The notes under the pieces: generated by a model
What the model saw: only the letters and a program-made list of their open reading frames with translations
What the model was told of the DNA's origin: nothing
Database searches by the model: none
In this document: positions 1 through 5,978 of the stretch, one piece after another
How positions within the stretch are numbered: the stretch's first letter is position 1
Layout: each line of letters starts with the position of its first letter
Translations under genes and position numbers: made by a program
Assembly (NCBI GenBank): GCA_045106895.1
Contig: JBGCFM010000268.1
Coordinates: 1-14,297, forward strand
From: Polyangiales bacterium
GTDB taxonomy: Bacteria; Myxococcota_A; Polyangia; Polyangiales; Houyiibacteriaceae
Length of the DNA: 14,297 nt
Direction of reading: 5' to 3'

Positions 1-15
1 TGGCGATTTTTGGAC

Positions 16-99
16 TGAGTGCGTGCGCACGTGCGTCCGATTCACGTCCGCCTATGGACATAGGTGGCACGAATCGGAGGGTGCGTGATTGCGTGCTCA
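16..99 (+). repeat. Long imperfect inverted repeat (~84-nt rod-like hairpin)
   Basis: TCCGATTC (36-43) pairs perfectly with GAATCGGA (71-78). CCGCCTAT (48-55) pairs with ATAGGTGG (60-67) with one G-U. Outer arms 16-30 pair with 81-99 with G-U pairs and a bulge. Confidence 0.55.
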
Positions 100-126
100 T
101 GCCGCAAAGCGGCATCGCGGAGTTTT
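99..126 (+). terminator. Possible intrinsic terminator or short hairpin
   Basis: Perfect 7-bp stem ATGCCGC-AAA-GCGGCAT (99-115). A T-run lies at 123-127, separated from the stem by CGCGGAG, so the geometry is imperfect. Confidence 0.3.
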
Positions 127-167
127 TCACCAACCTGCTAGTGGTGACCCTGACCGTGTGGTCGGCG

Positions 168-605
168 CTAGCGGCGACGCCCGAAGAAGAGGTGCTCTTC
201 GTGCCAGTAGGTAACCAGCCACTCGCAGTGCAACGGGAAGATCGCGACGTCATCAGACGAGGGGTAACAAAACGAATCCCAATACTGCGCGAATAGCCGC
301 GCGTCCGTCTCTACTGCCCAGAAGGCATTCCAGCAGACGATGATTGGACTTCCTTCGTGGCCGATCCTGCGCTGAAGCCACTCCGTGCCGACGTCGCCTT
401 GTTCGACGTTGAGCGATTCGATGTTGGCGTAGAGCGAGTCTGCTGGGCGCCCGTCTTTGGACTCTGGTTGCCGCAGCGCGAGAGAGAAGCGCCAGGCTTC
501 GCTGGTCATCGACGGGTTGAGCGGCCTGATGCGAGCGAGCTGCGATGCTGAAAGGAGCGTGTGTTTGGCCTCGGTCCATCGGTCTCTCAGGCCGAAGTCG
601 CTCAT
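168..605 (-). CDS. Small hypothetical protein, DUF2947-like (145 aa; alternative start at 644)
   Basis: This is the C-terminal part of the 168..1946 ORF, starting at ATG 605 (MSDFGLRDRW...). The aromatic-rich motif IIVCW...LFAQYWDSFCYPSSDDVAIFP...WLVTYWHEEHLFFG resembles DUF2947 proteins as I recall them. The rest of the long ORF is antisense to real genes. Confidence 0.65.
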   Translation of the reverse strand: MSDFGLRDRWTEAKHTLLSASQLARIRPLNPSMTSEAWRFSLALRQPESKDGRPADSLYANIESLNVEQGDVGTEWLQRRIGHEGSPIIVCWNAFWAVETDARLFAQYWDSFCYPSSDDVAIFPLHCEWLVTYWHEEHLFFGRRR

Positions 606-728
606 CGACGCGTAGTCGCCGTTCTCCGCTTCGAATGAGTGCATACGCCCTTCGATTCTAGCAGACAGATGGAAAGCAAACCGAGCGGAGCACGATTTCG
701 TGATACACGAGGCGCAAGGAAGACCACG

Positions 729-1595
729 ATGACAGACGCAAAGACACTCGAGATCAAAACCGTTGCCGTGCTCGGCGCCGGCACTATGGGCCACGGCATC
801 GCACAGGTCGCTTCCGCCGCAGGCTGTCAGGTCTTTCTCCGCGACCTCAACGATGACGCGCTGGCCAAGGGCGTCGCGGGCATCAACAAGAGCCTCGATT
901 ACCTGAAGAAGAAAGAGCGTATCGACGACGCCGGGGCCGCAGAACTCCTCGGGCGAATCACGACGACGACGTCGTTCGATGAAGCCGTCGCAGGCGCGGA
1001 CCTCGTGGTTGAAGCCGCGCCGGAGAAGATGGACCTCAAGCTGTCGATCTTTGCCGAGGTTGGAGCGAAGGCGCCTCCTCACGCGCTCATCGCGACCAAC
1101 ACCTCGTCGCTTTCCGTGACGGAAATCGCTGCCTCGTCCGGACGCCCGGAGCAGTGCATTGGGCTGCACTTCTTCAACCCCGTGCCGGCGATGAAGCTCC
1201 TCGAGATCGTCCGCGGCCTGAAGACCAGCGATGCTACCGTCGACGCCGCGACGAACTTCGCCACGCGCATTCGTAAAGAGCCCATTGTGGTCAACGACTG
1301 GCCCGGCTTCGCGACCTCCCGTCTGGGCATCATCCTCGGCTGCGAAGCGATTCGTATGGTGGAGCAGGGCGTCGCCAGCCCCGACGCCATCGACAAGGCC
1401 ATGGAGCTTGGCTACCGGCACCCGATGGGCCCGCTGAAGCTCACGGACTTGGTCGGTCTCGATGTTCGCTTGAACATCATGGAGCACCTTCACGCCGAGC
1501 TCGGCGAGCAGTTCCGGCCGCCGGTGTTGCTGCGGCAGATGGTTCGAGCCGGCAAGCTTGGGCGCAAGAGCGGCGAAGGGTTTTACAAGTACTGA
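729..1595 (+). CDS. hbd: 3-hydroxybutyryl-CoA / 3-hydroxyacyl-CoA dehydrogenase (NAD-dependent), 288 aa
   Basis: Rossmann motif VAVLGAGTMGHGIAQV, plus DLVVEAAPE, ATNTSSLS, catalytic GLHFFNPVP, HPMGPLKLTDLVGLD and GKLGRKSGEGFYKY. SD-like AAGGAAG lies upstream of ATG 729. Confidence 0.93.
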   Translation: MTDAKTLEIKTVAVLGAGTMGHGIAQVASAAGCQVFLRDLNDDALAKGVAGINKSLDYLKKKERIDDAGAAELLGRITTTTSFDEAVAGADLVVEAAPEKMDLKLSIFAEVGAKAPPHALIATNTSSLSVTEIAASSGRPEQCIGLHFFNPVPAMKLLEIVRGLKTSDATVDAATNFATRIRKEPIVVNDWPGFATSRLGIILGCEAIRMVEQGVASPDAIDKAMELGYRHPMGPLKLTDLVGLDVRLNIMEHLHAELGEQFRPPVLLRQMVRAGKLGRKSGEGFYKY

Positions 1596-1614
1596 GGCGC
1601 CGCCGCAGTTTTTT
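1591..1614 (+). terminator. Putative intrinsic terminator of hbd
   Basis: ACTG-A-GGC-gcc-GCC-G-CAGT stem overlaps the stop codon and runs directly into TTTTTT (1609-1614). Confidence 0.45.
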
Positions 1615-1661
1615 GAACAGGAAGCTCTCAAGGCCGTGAAGTTCCGTCCGTTGCCCTCCTT

Positions 1662-2060
1662 GTGTACAGGTCCTCCTATTACTCTGTAAACGACAAGACG
1701 AGCTACGTCGAAATCGTGCGCACTGAAGTTCCCTTTCCCACTCTCGACGTCACCATCCTCGAGAATCAGGCCGTCCTTGACGCCGTCCGCCCCCATGCGG
1801 GACGCGGTGCGCTCGTGGACGTACGTGCAACTCCGGGCCGGAACGACTCGGCGTTTGAAGAGGCGCTCAAGCAGTTTCGCATGGAGATACCCAGTATCTT
1901 CGCGCGCGTCGCGGTGCTCATGAAGACGGCCACAGGGGTCATGCACGCGAGCCGTCTGAGCGCAGGGGACGAAACACTGGCGGTTACCCGGATCTTCGAC
2001 AACGAAGAGGCAGCGGTCTCCTACGCGATCGCGAAACCCCGGGTCGCTACTGGTTGGTGA
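1662..2060 (+). CDS. Hypothetical protein, STAS/SpoIIAA-like small alpha/beta protein of myxobacterial type
   Basis: 132-aa ORF with GTG start. The pattern ALVDVRATPGRNDSAFE...FARVAVLMKTATG...RIFDNEEAAVSY matches SpoIIAA-like (STAS/SEC14) proteins, including the terminal F..EEAA..Y/W motif. Start position is uncertain. Confidence 0.65.
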   Translation: MYRSSYYSVNDKTSYVEIVRTEVPFPTLDVTILENQAVLDAVRPHAGRGALVDVRATPGRNDSAFEEALKQFRMEIPSIFARVAVLMKTATGVMHASRLSAGDETLAVTRIFDNEEAAVSYAIAKPRVATGW

Positions 2061-2075
2061 CGTTCCTGCGTATCG

Positions 2076-2792
2076 GTGAGAATTGGGCCTCGAGAATGCC
2101 TGTGCGAGACTTCATTGAATCGCGATGTCTCTCCGCGTCCCGACATTGACGTCTGTCCGGGCGGGGCGGGAACCCTCTTGTTTGAGACCTTCGAATCCGG
2201 AGCGGGGGCGTTCACCCTCAACACACCGGATTTTGGCGGCAGCACCACCGACAACTCGTTTGTCGTCAACAACGCCTACGCCGGCGGAACCGGCACTTTC
2301 ATATGCCTTGGGTTTCCGTTTTCAATGACCGCGCCGCCGACCCCGACTCAGCCCGTTGGCGTTCAAAACGCACCGGCCAGTTCCTACATGCACATTGTCA
2401 GCAACGCTCTTGTCGCCGGTGGCGTCTCGAGCGCGTCGTACCTGCCTGCTGAGGGGACTTGTGTGTTTCCGGGGTCACATTTTGCGTCGACCAGCGACGT
2501 GGACGTCACAGGAATGGAAGAGATTGAACTCTCGTTTTACTGGCTGAACGAGGGAAGCCCGCAAGCGCGCGGGCAGGTCTACTATTCTGCGAACAGCGGC
2601 ACTTCGTGGGTTCAACTCGCTCCCGCCCAGGTGTTCCACAGCCAGTCCGCGTGGACCACGTTCTCGGCGAGACTCCCGACGCGGTTGAACACCATTCGCC
2701 TCGGCTTTCGTTTCCTGAATGAAACTGGGGTGGCCGGCAGTGGACCCGCGTTTTCCGTGGACGACGTTCGCTTGGAATGTGTTCAGCCCTGA
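2076..2792 (+). CDS. Beta-sandwich (MAM/cleaved-adhesin-like jelly-roll) domain protein, possibly 5'-truncated
   Basis: LLFETFESG near the start, then IELSFYW, VYYSANSGTSWVQL, W.., IRLGFRF and terminal FSVDDVRL. These are typical of MAM/choice-of-anchor-J-like jelly-roll domains. No signal peptide and no clear SD. Confidence 0.65.
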   Translation: MRIGPRECLCETSLNRDVSPRPDIDVCPGGAGTLLFETFESGAGAFTLNTPDFGGSTTDNSFVVNNAYAGGTGTFICLGFPFSMTAPPTPTQPVGVQNAPASSYMHIVSNALVAGGVSSASYLPAEGTCVFPGSHFASTSDVDVTGMEEIELSFYWLNEGSPQARGQVYYSANSGTSWVQLAPAQVFHSQSAWTTFSARLPTRLNTIRLGFRFLNETGVAGSGPAFSVDDVRLECVQP

Positions 2793-2860
2793 GGGGACGC
2801 GAACTGACATCACGACCGCCCCGGGGTCGTCCCGGGAGTGCGAAGGAGGGAACGGAGAAG

Positions 2861-4429
2861 TCAGCTCCCCGAAGAGAAGCGCGTGACGACGCCGGCGTGA
2901 ATCAGCGACGCGAGGCGCTCGTCGCCCACGGCGTCCTTGGCCGCTTCATAACGAACGCGGCCTTGCTCGAGCTTGGACCAGAGCGACTGAAGCGCTTGGT
3001 CTAGCGCGAGGGTGAGCACTTCGCCCTGATGTTTGGCGACGAGGACGGTGGTCTTCTCGGCGCCGGCTTCACCACCATCGAGGAGTGTGAGCACGTCGAC
3101 GTCGAAATCCTGTCGAATAGCTTCGGCGTTGGCGACCAAGAACGCACCTTCCTCGCAGCCGAGCTCGCGAATGCGCGGGTCTTCTTTGACGGCGAGCCAG
3201 GCCCCGCCGATTCGCGTCAAGGCCGCGGCCGCAGCGGGGAGGGTGTCTTCGCAGAAGGAAGCGAGGCGCTCGGCGAGGGGAGCGCGGCGCCATAGGTGCG
3301 CGGACTCAGCAAAGTCTTCGAGCCAGTCGCCGCCGTGTTCTTCAAGCCACTCGAAGGCATGCGGGAGGCTCTCTTCGATGCCGCCGGCGAGCTGTCCGAG
3401 GTCAAGCCCGTGCACTCCGTCGGCGTCTTCGCATGTTTGTCCTCCGACGGCGCTGGCGAGCTGGGTGTGCCATTCGTCGCGTGAGGGTGCGTCGCCTATC
3501 TGGATCTCGTCGAAGAGCAGCGCCTCGATCTGTGTCTCGATGAACGCACGGTATTCACCAACGGAGGGAATGGCGGGCGTGGCGCCCAGAGCTTCGGTGA
3601 CGGCGGGCGTTCGAAGGCGTGGCGCGTGGGCGATGGCGTAGGCGGTGGCGTCGGAGGACGCGTTGAGCGTGGCGCCGCCTTTGGCCCATGGGGTCTCGAC
3701 GCGGCGGCCGCTGCGAATTTCTTCGTCGATGGCGGCGAGCTCTTTGTCGAGGTAACGCGCGAACCAGCGGAGGTTGTGAAGGGTCCTCGATGCGAGCTTG
3801 CGAAGCTCGTCTTCCTTCGCGTCGCGCCACGCTGCACGCGCCACTTCGCGCTCCATTCCGTAACGACCCGCGTGCCGCTCGAAGTCGACGCCCTCGAGAC
3901 GCGCGACTTGGTCGGCGCCGTACCAAAGAGCCACGGGCAGGAGCTCGTTGAGGCGCGCGCCGAGGTAGAGGTCGAAGCTCGTCGCGTCTTCGTGCCAGAA
4001 GAAGAGACACGCGCGATGCATCATCTCGTGAGGGCCCCACTTCGCGATGTGCGCGGGGTCGAAGATGCTGTGGGCGCCGTCTTGGGTGAAGGCTTGGTAC
4101 TTGCCCGTCTGAAGCACACCGCGCTGCCACTCGTCGTGGCTGGAGTCGTCGGTGCGTTCGTCACCGTCCCAGTTGGGCACTCGGGTCAGCTCGCGATGTA
4201 CGTGTTTGGCGCCCGTTGCTGCGCCGAGGGCCACCGCGCGTAGTCCAAAGGGCGACGCGGCGACTTCGTTTGCCGGGAGCCGCACCTGCGCGGCGAGGGC
4301 GCCGACGTCGATGCGCTGCATGTCTTGCATCATGGCGACGAGAGCTTCGACGAGCGCGCCGGATTCACAGGACTCATTTGAAGCGCGCGCCAGCTCGCGC
4401 CAGGGCCTCCGGGGGATGCCTTTCCACAT
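2861..4429 (-). CDS. Uncharacterised HEXXH-motif protein with DUF2063-like and winged-helix/RRE-like C-terminal region
   Basis: 522-aa ORF with GC-rich codon usage. HEMMH at 4016-4030 is followed by Glu 23 residues later (RLNELLP). Start could be 4429 or a Met near 4320-4333. Confidence 0.75.
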   Translation of the reverse strand: MWKGIPRRPWRELARASNESCESGALVEALVAMMQDMQRIDVGALAAQVRLPANEVAASPFGLRAVALGAATGAKHVHRELTRVPNWDGDERTDDSSHDEWQRGVLQTGKYQAFTQDGAHSIFDPAHIAKWGPHEMMHRACLFFWHEDATSFDLYLGARLNELLPVALWYGADQVARLEGVDFERHAGRYGMEREVARAAWRDAKEDELRKLASRTLHNLRWFARYLDKELAAIDEEIRSGRRVETPWAKGGATLNASSDATAYAIAHAPRLRTPAVTEALGATPAIPSVGEYRAFIETQIEALLFDEIQIGDAPSRDEWHTQLASAVGGQTCEDADGVHGLDLGQLAGGIEESLPHAFEWLEEHGGDWLEDFAESAHLWRRAPLAERLASFCEDTLPAAAAALTRIGGAWLAVKEDPRIRELGCEEGAFLVANAEAIRQDFDVDVLTLLDGGEAGAEKTTVLVAKHQGEVLTLALDQALQSLWSKLEQGRVRYEAAKDAVGDERLASLIHAGVVTRFSSGS

Positions 4430-4450
4430 GCGCAGTGCTTAGCCTCGCGT

Positions 4451-4921
4451 CTAGGCGTCGTCGAGTTCTTCGATGCTCGTGGCGCGCACCGGGTCCATGA
4501 GAATCCCGGCTATGTAGCGCCAGCCGCCGTTCTCTTCGGCGAAGAAGCTAAGCTCGGCGAACGACGAGACGCTGCCGCGTTCTTTGACGCGAGCCACAAA
4601 GAGCACCCGCGCGACGCCTTGTTCGTCCGGCGGCGCCGTGTCGATGATGCGAAGCCCCACGTAGCTACGGTTGTGTTTCGCTTCGCCTGCCGCGAAGCGT
4701 TCGAGCCACTCCGCTTCGCTCGTTTTTGCGGTGCGGTCATCGTGGCTCGAGTGAAGAGTGCGCCAGAGGTAGGCACCGTCTCCTTTTGCGAAGGCGGAGT
4801 AGCGAGAGCGCATCAGCGCTTCGGCATCTTTCGCCTCGGTGCCCGCGTGGACGGGGCCGCAGCAGGCTCCGTACGCGCGTCCGGAGCCACAGGGGCATAC
4901 GTTCTTCGTGCGTTTCTTCAT
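4451..4921 (-). CDS. ychJ: YchJ family protein (SEC-C zinc-binding motif + NTF2-like domain), 156 aa
   Basis: CPCGSGRAYGACC SEC-C motif, AEALMRSRYSAF, YLWRTLH, and ELSFF...WRY. ATG 4921 overlaps the upstream TGA (ATGA), so it is preferred to 4948. Confidence 0.9.
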   Translation of the reverse strand: MKKRTKNVCPCGSGRAYGACCGPVHAGTEAKDAEALMRSRYSAFAKGDGAYLWRTLHSSHDDRTAKTSEAEWLERFAAGEAKHNRSYVGLRIIDTAPPDEQGVARVLFVARVKERGSVSSFAELSFFAEENGGWRYIAGILMDPVRATSIEELDDA

Positions 4922-5859
4922 TCGTGAATATCGACCGGCAAGATCCAATGGCGCGCGAGGGAAGGCGTCGCTAGCTCCGCGGGAATTTCGCTGAAGTCCT
5001 CACCGGCAAATGCGCGAAGAGCGCCTCCGATGGCGCTGCGGCGGGCCGGGAGAACGGGCATGTCGATGGCGACCCACTCCGCTTCACCGTCCCCGTCTTC
5101 GTCGAGGAGAAAAACGCGCCTGGCGCCGGACCCGTAGAGGGACTCCACGAAAGCGCGGCTCGCTGCCGCGTCGACGCCGGCGAGGCTGCCGCTGCCGCTC
5201 AAGAAGGTGCGCGCTTCGGGAACCTGGCCTCCCAGGATCTCGGCGCGCAATGCTCTCACGTGAGAGAGGCGTTCCTCCGGGTCGGGTTCGCTGGAGAAGA
5301 GCACCAAGGCGCAGGCTCCAATCGCGAGGGCGGCGGCGGCGAGGGGAAGGACGGGCGAGCTCATCGCAAGACGAAAGGTCGAAAGGACGGATCCGAAGAC
5401 GCCCACGGCGAGGAGCACTAAGGCTGCGCTTCCGAGGACCAGGGTAAGCCAGCCCGCTTCGCCGGAGGCGAGTCCAGGGGCGGCGACGGCGAGGATAAGC
5501 ACGCCAAGGAGGCCCACCCCGCCGAGAGCCCAATAGAGACGAGTTTTGGATGCGTCGAATGGCGCCGGAACCTCGGGGATTTCAACGAGCTCGTCCGGTG
5601 GCTCGTTCGGCGGTACCACCACGCGCGGCGCCGGCGGTATTGACTCACCCGCCGGGCCCCAGGAGACCGTCGCGCCGATGGATTTGAGCTTGTCCTCGTA
5701 TCGGCGCACGTCTTTGTCAGCGACGTCACGCTTCACGCGGCAAGGAACCGACGAAATCAAAGTCTGGCACTGAGCGTGGGGCAACCCGAAGAGCTTCATC
5801 AGACCACGGACCGCCCGCTGGGGGTCCACGACCTCCAATATCCAGATGTCGACGGCCAC
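4918..5859 (-). CDS. Membrane protein A: L7/L12-CTD-like N-terminal domain, Pro-rich linker, 3 TM, unknown C-terminal domain (313 aa)
   Basis: Start reassigned to GTG 5859 (MAVDIWIL...), which aligns with MRVDVWLV of the divergent paralog. LMKLFGL...LISSVPCRVKRDV...YEDKLKSIGATV resembles the ribosomal L7/L12 C-terminal fold. Three hydrophobic segments follow. Confidence 0.8.
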   Translation of the reverse strand: MAVDIWILEVVDPQRAVRGLMKLFGLPHAQCQTLISSVPCRVKRDVADKDVRRYEDKLKSIGATVSWGPAGESIPPAPRVVVPPNEPPDELVEIPEVPAPFDASKTRLYWALGGVGLLGVLILAVAAPGLASGEAGWLTLVLGSAALVLLAVGVFGSVLSTFRLAMSSPVLPLAAAALAIGACALVLFSSEPDPEERLSHVRALRAEILGGQVPEARTFLSGSGSLAGVDAAASRAFVESLYGSGARRVFLLDEDGDGEAEWVAIDMPVLPARRSAIGGALRAFAGEDFSEIPAELATPSLARHWILPVDIHE

Positions 5860-5978
5860 ACCGCAGTATCCCTTGGGTTCCGGTTTCCGCACAACTTCAT
5901 GCGCCACCCGGCCTCGTTGCCCCTGAACTTGGTGAGTAAGCAATCGTCAGATTCGTTTTTTTCCCGTACTCTCCCCAA
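5860..5978. promoter_or_regulatory. Divergent promoter region with candidate -10 boxes directly before both start codons
   Basis: 119-bp intergenic gap that is AT-richer towards its right end. TACTCT (5967-5972) lies 6 nt before ATG 5979. GATACT (minus strand, 5870-5865) lies 5 nt before GTG 5859. No convincing SD on either side. Confidence 0.5.

Noticed and set aside
65..84. TGGCAC as a sigma-54 -24 element
   Set aside because: The required TTGC -12 element 5 nt later is absent (GAATC-GGAG follows).
16..167. Integron attC site after the DUF2947-like gene
   Set aside because: No RYYYAAC...GTTRRRY core sites bracket the hairpin on either strand, and no integrase or cassette array is visible.
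54..296. 80-aa plus-strand ORF
   Set aside because: Overlaps the better-supported minus-strand gene and the hairpin, with no recognisable motif.
606..1946. N-terminal 447 codons of the 592-aa minus-strand ORF
   Set aside because: Antisense to the clearly real hbd and STAS-like genes. Stop-free antisense frames are expected in high-GC genes, and the translation has the typical shadow composition (H, R, V, G rich).
2794..2833. Hairpin ACGACC...GGTCGT between convergent genes as a terminator
   Set aside because: Short GC stem with no U-tract on either strand; could arise by chance at this GC content.
2793..4450. RiPP precursor peptide near the HEXXH gene
   Set aside because: The flanking gaps are only 68 and 21 bp, and the small ORFs there overlap real genes. 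No credible precursor was found.
5860..5943. ORF-track N-terminal extension of membrane protein A (likewise 639-728 for hbd, 4922-4948 for ychJ, 11486-11533 for the lipoprotein)
   Set aside because: Downstream starts are better supported by paralog alignment, an SD, the ATGA overlap and signal-peptide position respectively.
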